40,000 nucleotides of DNA from Candidatus Altimarinota bacterium (GCA_028281045.1 JANQKP010000009.1:10508-50507), one strand, 5' to 3'. Positions 8,653 through 16,536 are shown, counted from the stretch's first letter. Numbers and translations: made by a program. The notes: generated by a model from the sequence alone, not told the origin.

Positions 8653-10017
8653 ATGGCCACAGCCAGTAAAATACCTCCACACAGTAAAGAAGCGGAACAG
8701 TCTGTTCTAGGATCAATCCTTATGGATAAGGAGGCTATTATTAAAATTGGAGACGTGCTTAAACCTTCTGATTTCTACTACGATATTCATAAGATGATCT
8801 TCGAGGCGATTTCAGATCTTCATAATCGTCATGACCCTATTGATCTTCTGACGCTAGCGAATCTTTTACAAGAACGTGGGCAAATCGATACCGTGGGAGG
8901 CCCTGAATACCTAGCAGAGCTAACTTCTGCAGTGCCAACGGCAACGCATGTGTTTAAATACGCTCAAATCGTTAAAAACAAGGCGACGCTTCGCCGTATG
9001 ATTCAAGTGGGTAACACCATTACCAGTTACGGTTACGAAGAAGAAAAAACCATTGAAGATCTACTAGAAAATACAGAGAAAGAAGTGTTTGGTATTTCAC
9101 AAACCTTCTTGAAAGATAAATTCGTGCATATTCGTGAAGTTCTAGATCAACGTTATCAAGAATTTGCCGAACTGCATGAAGCAGATGAAGCTGACAAGGT
9201 GAAAGGAATCCCTACTGGATTCAAAGGTATCGATGCCATTCTTTCTGGGCTTCAACCTTCAGATCTTGTGATCCTAGCGGCGCGTCCTTCTATGGGTAAA
9301 ACCGCACTAGCGCTTTCTATTGCACAGAAGATTGCTATTGAATCTGACAAGAAGAAAACCGTGGGTATTTTCTCACTGGAAATGAGTAAAGAACAACTGG
9401 TAGACCGTATGTTCTGTTCTATTCTTGGGGTAGATTCATGGAAGCTACAACACGGTAAGCTTTCAGATAGCGATTTCCAAAAAATGGGACCTGCTATGGA
9501 CCTCCTGAACAACGCACCGATTTATATCGATGATTCTGTAGGGATGTCTATTGCTGAACTACGTGCCAAAGCACGTCGTCTTCAAATGGAGCATGGTCTA
9601 GATATGATTCTGATCGACTATATGCAGCTTATGAGCACTGGAGCTAACGCCTACCAAGGGAATCGCGTACAAGAAATTTCTGAGATTTCTCGTAGCTTGA
9701 AACAACTTGGTCGTGAACTTCGCGTTCCAGTGATTGCCCTTTCACAGCTATCTCGTGCGGTTGAACTTAGAAATCCTAAGATTCCACAACTTTCAGACCT
9801 TCGTGAATCTGGATCGATTGAGCAAGACGCTGATGTAGTGATGATGCTTTACCGTAAGGATTACTACGAAGAAAACCTTACAGAGGACGAAAAAGGAATC
9901 ACTGATGTGTACGTTAGAAAACATCGTAATGGACCTGTGGGTAAAGCCGAGCTTCGCTTCGACAAAACTCAAATGCGTTTCTACGATGTAGATCGTCAAC
10001 ATAGCTTTTCTGAATAA
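8653..10017 (+). CDS. dnaB: replicative DNA helicase DnaB
   Basis: N-terminal PPHSKEAEQSVLGSIL motif. Walker A ARPSMGKTALAL, Walker B ILIDYMQLM, plus SQLSRAVE and RESGSIEQDADVV motifs. Confidence 0.96.
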   Translation: MATASKIPPHSKEAEQSVLGSILMDKEAIIKIGDVLKPSDFYYDIHKMIFEAISDLHNRHDPIDLLTLANLLQERGQIDTVGGPEYLAELTSAVPTATHVFKYAQIVKNKATLRRMIQVGNTITSYGYEEEKTIEDLLENTEKEVFGISQTFLKDKFVHIREVLDQRYQEFAELHEADEADKVKGIPTGFKGIDAILSGLQPSDLVILAARPSMGKTALALSIAQKIAIESDKKKTVGIFSLEMSKEQLVDRMFCSILGVDSWKLQHGKLSDSDFQKMGPAMDLLNNAPIYIDDSVGMSIAELRAKARRLQMEHGLDMILIDYMQLMSTGANAYQGNRVQEISEISRSLKQLGRELRVPVIALSQLSRAVELRNPKIPQLSDLRESGSIEQDADVVMMLYRKDYYEENLTEDEKGITDVYVRKHRNGPVGKAELRFDKTQMRFYDVDRQHSFSE

Positions 10018-11069
10018 TGAACCACGTTCCTAATTTAATACAGATCTTCGGCTGGACGACCTTTGCCTTTTTGGTGACTTTACTGGCCACCCCAATTTAT
10101 TTCAAATTGGCGTATAAATTTAAACTAGGAAAACAGATTAGAGATGTTGCCGTAGACGGTAAAAAGGCATCTCTTTTTAAAGAATTACATGCGAAAAAAT
10201 CTGGAACCCCTACCATGGGAGGAGTCATTATGTGGGGGTCTGTTCTATTCACTATTCTCTTTTCACGCTTCCTTTCACTTCTTGGGCTCATCCCTAAATC
10301 CCTACTAGATCGGGGTGAGGTATACCTTCCGCTCGTAACATTAGTTTCTGTAGGATTCTTAGGGGCTGTAGACGATATTTTCAACATCAAAGATATTGGA
10401 GGAAGCAAAGGAATTAAGGCAAGGCCTAAATTCTTGCTTCTAACCCTTTTTGCTACCCTTGGAGCCTACTGGTTCTACGTGAAACTAGGTTTCACCAGTA
10501 TTCATATTCCAAGCGTAGGAGATTTTGAAATTGGCCTTTGGTATATTCCCCTGTTCATGCTTGTGATTGTTTCTACCGCTAACGCTGTAAACATCACCGA
10601 TGGCCTAGATGGGCTTGCTGGTGGACTACTCGTTCTAGCGTTTGCTGCCTTTGCTGCCATTGCTTACGGAAAAGGCCTTATTATTTTGACAATATTCTGT
10701 GGAGTTCTTATTGGAACACTTCTAGCGTTCCTTTGGAACAATGTACCCCCTGCCCTGTTTTACATGGGCGATACTGGCTCCCTTGCCTATGGAGCCACTC
10801 TCGGTGTTATGGCCATGATGACCGACGCCGTTGTGCCCCTCTTTTTAATTGGAGCTGTGTTTATCATAGAAACCCTTTCTGTGATCATTCAGCTCACTAG
10901 TAAAAAACTTTTTGGAAAGAAAGTTTTTCTCATTGCCCCCATTCACCACCACTTTGAAAAAAAAGGCTGGGGTGAAGCCAAAATTACTATGCGCTTCTGG
11001 ATTGTAGGCGCTGCCTTCGGACTTGTAGGCACTATCATTGGACTTGTGGGAATGGGAAATGGCTTCTAG
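10017..11069 (+). CDS. mraY: phospho-N-acetylmuramoyl-pentapeptide transferase
   Basis: Polytopic membrane protein with NAVNITDGLDGLA, MGDTGSLAYG and PIHHHFE motifs. Its ATG overlaps the dnaB TAA by 1 nt (TAATG). Confidence 0.95.
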   Translation: MNHVPNLIQIFGWTTFAFLVTLLATPIYFKLAYKFKLGKQIRDVAVDGKKASLFKELHAKKSGTPTMGGVIMWGSVLFTILFSRFLSLLGLIPKSLLDRGEVYLPLVTLVSVGFLGAVDDIFNIKDIGGSKGIKARPKFLLLTLFATLGAYWFYVKLGFTSIHIPSVGDFEIGLWYIPLFMLVIVSTANAVNITDGLDGLAGGLLVLAFAAFAAIAYGKGLIILTIFCGVLIGTLLAFLWNNVPPALFYMGDTGSLAYGATLGVMAMMTDAVVPLFLIGAVFIIETLSVIIQLTSKKLFGKKVFLIAPIHHHFEKKGWGEAKITMRFWIVGAAFGLVGTIIGLVGMGNGF

Positions 11070-11073
11070 TCCA

Positions 11074-11102
11074 TTGCAGAAATGCCCTATAAATGCTATA
11101 AT
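11074..11102 (+). promoter_or_regulatory. sigma70-like promoter: TTGCAG, 17 nt, TATAAT
   Basis: -35 at 11074-11079 and -10 at 11097-11102. The ORF-track start (11082) lies inside the spacer, whereas the ATG at 11112 follows the -10 by 9 nt. Confidence 0.65.
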
Positions 11103-11111
11103 ACGCGCGAT

Positions 11112-12215
11112 ATGTTGTCCCCTTCCCAAAACATGCACCCATATAGAAATAAAAAATATATTTTTGGCTTAGGAAAGCCTGCGCGGCTTGTATTAAATGG
11201 AGAAAACCCTAGGTTTAATAACTCTATAGATTTCAGTGATTTAGGAAGTGACCTTGGAAGCTCTGGAAGAAAAGACCTCGATATCGAAGAGCCTGTAGTG
11301 GCTGAGGGCTTTGAAGATGCTCCAGCGGACGTAGAAATATCTCCAGATGCACTTGAAGCACTTGCAGAAGAACAACGTAGTCGCTTTGCAGGAACAGTGC
11401 AGCTAGAAGAAGGTGAACAACTAGTAGATCTTTCGGCAGAAGACGTAGCAGATATGCTCCCAGACGATACTAAAGTGGGAGATGGCACTGAAACCACCAC
11501 AACAGGTGAGCCTTTTAAGGATGCTGATGATGAAATAAGCGACATTACTCACACTGCCATAAAAGCTGGGGAAACTGTAGACACCACCAGATATGACACC
11601 ACAGATACGGACGTGGGAGAACCCCCTAAGAAACCGGTTCTTTCTGCAGAAGAGGGAGAAGAAAATGCGGAAGAAAGACTGTTAGATACCATGGAATTAA
11701 CCCTGAGAGCCAGCCTTAGCAGCAACATAAGACAATTAAAAACTGAACTTGGTAAAGTTAGTCCAGGATGGAGAAAGGCTATTACCGTGCAACATGCAGT
11801 AGCTGCCTTTGAAAAAGCAGATCAGGAAGCAGATGGAAACCAAAAGAAAAAATCTAAGAAAGAAGCACTGATCGATCTAGCTAATGACTTAGGCTTTAAC
11901 AATACAACTACCCTGGCTGAACTACATGATCAGTTTTATGTGCCAATGGGACAAAAAGGATTTAAAAAGGCTGACTACGAAAAAAGAAGGTTGTATCTAT
12001 CAGCAGTAAGTCAGTTCAATCGTCTTCTGGAAACCATGCTAAAAATGACTGAAATCGCTAAAGACAAGGGCTTGGCCAAGCTCGTTGGAGGAGATCTTCA
12101 AGAACAAGTGATGGCACTGGATAAATCTGGACAAGAGGTAGCAACCTTCAACCTAGAAACTGGAGAGGTAGGAGACTCTAGTTCAAGTGAGTGGATTCCG
12201 GTCCAAGGCGCCTAA
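11112..12215 (+). CDS. hypothetical acidic protein (about 367 aa), no recognisable family
   Basis: Long ORF. Start moved to the ATG at 11112 (MLSPSQN...) because of the promoter at 11074-11102. The N-terminal half is D/E/T-rich and the C-terminal third is helical. No TM segment or signal peptide. Confidence 0.6.
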   Translation: MLSPSQNMHPYRNKKYIFGLGKPARLVLNGENPRFNNSIDFSDLGSDLGSSGRKDLDIEEPVVAEGFEDAPADVEISPDALEALAEEQRSRFAGTVQLEEGEQLVDLSAEDVADMLPDDTKVGDGTETTTTGEPFKDADDEISDITHTAIKAGETVDTTRYDTTDTDVGEPPKKPVLSAEEGEENAEERLLDTMELTLRASLSSNIRQLKTELGKVSPGWRKAITVQHAVAAFEKADQEADGNQKKKSKKEALIDLANDLGFNNTTTLAELHDQFYVPMGQKGFKKADYEKRRLYLSAVSQFNRLLETMLKMTEIAKDKGLAKLVGGDLQEQVMALDKSGQEVATFNLETGEVGDSSSSEWIPVQGA

Positions 12216-12639
12216 TTTCATCAAGAGCAGCGTCTTCCGCCATTTGCTCATGGTGGTCTTTTACGATGCCCCCTAGCCATTCTTTGGCATGCTGCTCTCC
12301 ACCAGTAGATTTTTTAATTACTGGATGCTCCTCGTGATCTCCACTCCATTCAAGTTGGAAATCACCAATAAGCTCAGCTCTCTCTTCTTCAATCACCTTA
12401 ATAATACTAGTAGCCACCTCAAAGATGCGCTTTGGCTCTAGATTCAGATGACCTTCTTCATCTAGATGCTGCGCGTGCATAAGACCTGCTTTGTGCAGCT
12501 CTACAGCGGCTACTTTAGCATGTCCGTCATCATTTTGGGGCGCTGGCGTTCCTGTATAAGGAATAGCCTGCACATCTAAGTTGATGTCACTATTTAAATC
12601 CTGTGAGCCAGCTGAATTTACATCCATAAGATAAGTCAT
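12178..12639 (-). CDS. hypothetical His/Glu-rich protein (about 153 aa)
   Basis: The minus-strand promoter at 12671-12699 excludes the upstream TTG and ATG starts, so the ATG at 12639 (MTYLMDV) is preferred. The 3' end overlaps the convergent gene by 38 nt. Confidence 0.55.
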   Translation of the reverse strand: MTYLMDVNSAGSQDLNSDINLDVQAIPYTGTPAPQNDDGHAKVAAVELHKAGLMHAQHLDEEGHLNLEPKRIFEVATSIIKVIEEERAELIGDFQLEWSGDHEEHPVIKKSTGGEQHAKEWLGGIVKDHHEQMAEDAALDEIRRLGPESTHLN

Positions 12640-12670
12640 TAAGAAAAGGGGCTTTTTTAGAAGCAAATGC

Positions 12671-12699
12671 ATTTTATCAAAAATAGGTGTTTTTATCAA
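12671..12699 (-). promoter_or_regulatory. minus-strand promoter: TTGATA, 17 nt, TAAAAT
   Basis: On the minus strand, -35 is at 12699-12694 and -10 at 12676-12671. Its -35 lies 8 bp from the -35 of the divergent GGDEF promoter. Confidence 0.6.
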
Positions 12700-12704
12700 T
12701 ATCG

Positions 12705-12736
12705 CCCTTGAAAAATGAACCCATTTTTGGTATAAT
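12705..12736 (+). promoter_or_regulatory. promoter: cccTTGAAA, 17 nt, (TGG)TATAAT
   Basis: -35 at 12708-12713 and -10 at 12731-12736. ATG codons at 12740 and 12743 follow immediately, so a leaderless transcript is likely. The cccTTGAAA core and ATTTTTGGTATAAT string match the promoter at 14191-14222. Confidence 0.7.
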
Positions 12737-12739
12737 AAT

Positions 12740-13843
12740 ATGATGGAAAAAAATAAAAATACACCAGAGGATATCTATAGAAACTATAAAGAAGGTGAAG
12801 ATCTAGCACTACCAGGATCTGAATTCCCTGTAGCTTCAGCATTTCCAGAAGAAGCTCTTGAAACCCTAGAGCCACTTACTCCTATGCAGGAGGCAGAGGA
12901 AATCATTAAAAATCTCTCTAAAGAACATCTTTCTGAATTAGATGAAATAGAAAGAGATGCTGTAAAAACTGAAGCGATGCGCATCATGGAAGAGTCAAAA
13001 AAAGCTCACCAAAGCTGGCTTCAAAAAATGGGAATCATTAGCGGCGATGTCGACCCAAGTGTTCACCTTGGTCCAAATGTTGGAATTCCAGTTGAAGTAG
13101 CTTTTGAGCAGGCTAAAGGCCTGGTTCAAGCAAAAAAGCATCTTATTGTTATGGGAAGGCAACTTGTTGAAGCCGAGACCAGTGGAAGAGTAGACGCCCT
13201 TACTGGCATTGCTAACAGAGGTGAATTCGACAGACGCATGGAAGCAGAATATGAGCTGGCCAACAGAAACGAAACAAACCTAAGCGTTATAATTCTTGAT
13301 TTAGATTACTTCAAGAGAGTAAACGACGTAGTTGGTCACAAATGTGGAGATGACACCCTTCGTATCATGGGTGAAATCCTTAGAAATAACAAAAGAAAGG
13401 GGGATATTGTGGCTAGATATGGAGGAGAAGAGTTTGCTGTAATACTTCCAGGAGCTGACGACTGGCAAGCCGCCCGATATGGAGAAAAACTCAGAAAAAA
13501 AGTAGCCGAAAGCCTAAATAAAAAACTTATGGAAAAGCCATACTCTTGGCCGGCCTCTGAGGTTGAAAAACTTCAAGGGACTGCTTCTGTTGGGGTTTGC
13601 TACTACAAAGGAAGTAATAATGAAGATGAGCAATTCACTCTTGATCAGATACTTGGGGCAGCTGACAAAGCAATGTACGGTGCTAAAGAAACGAGAGATG
13701 ACATCGACCTAATCAATCTTAATAAGCCTGTTTACGATCAAGAAGTAGTAAAAGCCATTCTAGAAGAAAATGGCATCATCGAAGGATCAGACGAATATAC
13801 ACACCTATTTGATGCCTTTGTACCTGAGGCTAAGCAAGGCTAG
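12740..13843 (+). CDS. diguanylate cyclase (GGDEF domain) with an uncharacterised N-terminal region
   Basis: LTGIANRGEFDRR, ILDLDYFKRVNDVVGHKCGDDTL and RYGGEEFAVIL (GGEEF at 13421-13435). An RxxD inhibitory site (RKGD, 13394-13405) sits 5 residues upstream, and ADKAMYGAKETRD follows. No TM segment and no known sensor domain in the first about 150 aa. Confidence 0.9.
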   Translation: MMEKNKNTPEDIYRNYKEGEDLALPGSEFPVASAFPEEALETLEPLTPMQEAEEIIKNLSKEHLSELDEIERDAVKTEAMRIMEESKKAHQSWLQKMGIISGDVDPSVHLGPNVGIPVEVAFEQAKGLVQAKKHLIVMGRQLVEAETSGRVDALTGIANRGEFDRRMEAEYELANRNETNLSVIILDLDYFKRVNDVVGHKCGDDTLRIMGEILRNNKRKGDIVARYGGEEFAVILPGADDWQAARYGEKLRKKVAESLNKKLMEKPYSWPASEVEKLQGTASVGVCYYKGSNNEDEQFTLDQILGAADKAMYGAKETRDDIDLINLNKPVYDQEVVKAILEENGIIEGSDEYTHLFDAFVPEAKQG

Positions 13844-14090
13844 GAATATCTTGTAATTGCTTTATTGTTTTTGGCCCTTGTTTTGTTTGTATTTTTAGAA
13901 CTCCATCCTCAAACCTAGCGTCGAGGTTTAATTCGGCAAGTATGCCAATGACAACCTCATGATCCCCAATGGCCATGGCTGCTCTAAATCTCTCAGAAGC
14001 AACAAGCTGAGGGGTCTCAACGAAGCTTTCATGCGCACTAATATGTGTCACATTATCTAAATGATGCTTTTTATCGGGTTTATTTCCCAT
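13830..14090 (-). CDS. hypothetical small protein (86 aa)
   Basis: ORF with its own near-consensus promoter (14115-14142). Its 3' end overlaps the GGDEF gene by 14 nt. Confidence 0.55.
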   Translation of the reverse strand: MGNKPDKKHHLDNVTHISAHESFVETPQLVASERFRAAMAIGDHEVVIGILAELNLDARFEDGVLKIQTKQGPKTIKQLQDIPSLA

Positions 14091-14114
14091 AGTAAAACAC
14101 GAACAAAGGTTGTT

Positions 14115-14142
14115 ATTGTAGCAGCTATTCTTATTTTGTCAA
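14115..14142 (-). promoter_or_regulatory. minus-strand promoter: TTGACA, 16 nt, TACAAT
   Basis: On the minus strand, -35 is at 14142-14137 and -10 at 14120-14115, with a 24-nt leader to the ATG at 14090. Confidence 0.65.
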
Positions 14143-14190
14143 CTATTTTTCCCCTATTTAGCCGCTTTAGTGCTTATTTATACCCTTTCT

Positions 14191-14222
14191 CCCTTGAAAT
14201 TTTACCCTATTTTTGGTATAAT
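14191..14222 (+). promoter_or_regulatory. promoter: cccTTGAAA, 17 nt, (TGG)TATAAT
   Basis: -35 at 14194-14199 and -10 at 14217-14222, with the ATG at 14237. Shares the cccTTGAAA core and the ATTTTTGGTATAAT string with the GGDEF promoter at 12705-12736. Confidence 0.7.
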
Positions 14223-14236
14223 TATTAGATAAATTT

Positions 14237-16522
14237 ATGAAACAAAACCAAGAAAACATCCTAGGAGAAAACGAAAGATTTGTTTACCAGAATGCCGTAA
14301 GCGCAGATCAGCAGTCTCAAACGGCTGAAGCTGCCCCTGCAGGCATCCCTGAAAATCTTAAGGAAACAGCTCCAGCTGAAGCAGCTCCTACTAAGGAACC
14401 TGTAGTAATGGATAAAGCTACTGAACCTAAGAAACTAGGATTTTTCACTAAACTAAAATACACCCTGTTCCCTACTCTAGATACGAATAAGAAACCAGCT
14501 AAAGCCCCTATTACTAAAGAGGACGTAGCGGCGCTAAATACAGAAGGAAAACCAGCGGAAACCGCTGAGAAACCAGTAGATAAAAAAACAGAAGCGCAAC
14601 AAATCCGCGAAGCGGAAAAGATCTATAAACAAGGTCTTGTAACCATTAAAGATCTTATGGCTCCATCTTCTATGGAGTTCATGTACGACAAATACCGTGT
14701 AAGCGGTGTGCATGCAAAAAGCTTCTTTGTTTATGCTTATCCACGCTTCTTGGAAGCGAACTGGCTAAGCCCTATCATTAACTTCGATGTATCAATGGAC
14801 ATCTCTATGTTCATTTATCCATCAAGTAGCGCTTCTATTATGAAGTTCCTTAAGAATAAGGTGGCGCAACTTCAATCTTCTATGCGTATTGAAGCTGAAA
14901 AAGGTATGGTGGCAGACCCTGCCCTAGAAACCGCACTTCAAGATGCAGAAGAACTTCGTCGTAGCATTCAGCGTGGAGAAGAAAAATTCTTCCAATACGG
15001 ACTATACTTCACTGTTTATGCAGATGACGAAGATAAACTGAAAAAAATCCAAACCAGACTAGAAAGTGCCCTTGGAGGGAAGCTAATTCTTACGAAATCA
15101 GCAGACCTTCAACAAGAACATGGGTTCAATTCTACGATTCCTCTAGCAACAGATGAGCTGGAGATCACTCGTAATATGAATACCGCTCCACTTTCTACCA
15201 CTTTCCCTTTCAGCTCAAGTGATCTTACCTCTAATAAAGGGATTCTATATGGTATTAATCGTCATAATGACGGTCTTATCATTTTCGATCGCTTCGATCT
15301 AGAAAATGCTAACTCTGTGGTATTTGCGAAATCTGGTGCTGGTAAGTCATATGCTGTAAAACTAGAGATTCTTCGCTCTATGATGATGGGAACAGACGTT
15401 ATTGTTATAGACCCTGAAAATGAATATGAAGAACTCGCTAATACGGTAGGAGGAACCTATTTACGTGTATCGCTGAACAGTGATCAACGTATCAATCCTT
15501 TCGATCTTCCTCTGGCGCTTAAAGATGAAGAAACTAAGCCAGGAGATCTATTAAGATCTAATATCATTACCCTTCATGGACTTCTGAATCTGATGCTTGG
15601 GAAACTAACCCCAGAAGAAGAAGGTCTTATGGATAAGGCCCTTATAGACACTTATGCGCTTAAGGGAATCACTATGGATACCGTAAATCCAGGTGAGCTT
15701 ACGCCTCCAACCATGCAGGATCTATACGATATTCTTTCGAACACAAAAGGAGCAGAAAACCTAGCTCAAAGATTACAAAAGTATACAGTTGGAACCTTCT
15801 CTGGAATCTTTAATCAGCCTACAAATGTAGACCTAGGTTCTGGACTGGTTGTGTTCTGTATTCGTGACCTAGAAGATGCACTTCGCCCTATTGCGATGTA
15901 CATCATTCTTAATTACATCTGGAACCGCGTTAGATCTAGCCTTAAACGTCGTCTTCTTATGATCGATGAGGCTTGGACCATGATGCAACACGAAGACAGT
16001 GCAAGATTCCTATACGGACTTGTAAAACGTGCTCGTAAATACTACCTAGGGATTACAACGATTACCCAGGATGTGGAAGACTTTGTGAAATCTGAATACG
16101 GTAAGCCAATTATCACAAATAGCTCTATGCAATTACTGCTTAAGCAGTCTCCAAGTGCTGTAGAGCCACTGACTAAAATATTCAACCTTACAGAAGGTGA
16201 AAAATACCTACTACTTAACTCAAGTGTAGGGCAAGGACTGTTCTTTGCAGGACTTAAACACGTGGCGATTCAAATCATTGCTTCATACAATGAAGACAAA
16301 GTAATTACCACAAACCCACAAGCGGTTCTTGAACAACGTGCAACCGAAGAGCAAAGCTTCGAGCAGCCACAAGAACAAGCTGCAGCACCTGTAGCAGAAG
16401 CTGCTCCTGCAGCGGAAGCTCCAGTAGAGGAAGTAGCTCCAGAAGCTACCCCTGTAGAAACTCCTGCAGAGCCAGAAGAACCTCAGGCTCCAGCGGAAGG
16501 AGATCTACCAGCCGCCGCTTAA
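14237..16522 (+). CDS. VirB4/TrbE/TraE-family type IV secretion ATPase homologue with disordered N- and C-terminal extensions
   Basis: Walker A FAKSGAGKSYAVK (about 15334-15348) and Walker B LLMIDEAW (about 15953-15976). The N-domain pattern YPRFLEANWLSPIINFDVSMDISMFIYP is typical of Gram-positive-type VirB4 proteins. About 130 aa of Pro/Ala/Glu/Lys-rich N-terminus and a 60-aa PAxE-rich C-terminus. Confidence 0.85.
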   Translation: MKQNQENILGENERFVYQNAVSADQQSQTAEAAPAGIPENLKETAPAEAAPTKEPVVMDKATEPKKLGFFTKLKYTLFPTLDTNKKPAKAPITKEDVAALNTEGKPAETAEKPVDKKTEAQQIREAEKIYKQGLVTIKDLMAPSSMEFMYDKYRVSGVHAKSFFVYAYPRFLEANWLSPIINFDVSMDISMFIYPSSSASIMKFLKNKVAQLQSSMRIEAEKGMVADPALETALQDAEELRRSIQRGEEKFFQYGLYFTVYADDEDKLKKIQTRLESALGGKLILTKSADLQQEHGFNSTIPLATDELEITRNMNTAPLSTTFPFSSSDLTSNKGILYGINRHNDGLIIFDRFDLENANSVVFAKSGAGKSYAVKLEILRSMMMGTDVIVIDPENEYEELANTVGGTYLRVSLNSDQRINPFDLPLALKDEETKPGDLLRSNIITLHGLLNLMLGKLTPEEEGLMDKALIDTYALKGITMDTVNPGELTPPTMQDLYDILSNTKGAENLAQRLQKYTVGTFSGIFNQPTNVDLGSGLVVFCIRDLEDALRPIAMYIILNYIWNRVRSSLKRRLLMIDEAWTMMQHEDSARFLYGLVKRARKYYLGITTITQDVEDFVKSEYGKPIITNSSMQLLLKQSPSAVEPLTKIFNLTEGEKYLLLNSSVGQGLFFAGLKHVAIQIIASYNEDKVITTNPQAVLEQRATEEQSFEQPQEQAAAPVAEAAPAAEAPVEEVAPEATPVETPAEPEEPQAPAEGDLPAAA

Positions 16523-16536
16523 TTAAATTAAATAAC

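Noticed and set aside
14101-14112. GAACAAAGGTTG, a Cheo-box-like sequence in the leader of the 86-aa gene
   Set aside because: It matches GAAC-N4-GTTC with one mismatch but lacks the flanking GTGAA/TTCAC arms of the recA operators. A single degenerate half-palindrome is too weak to call as a regulatory site.
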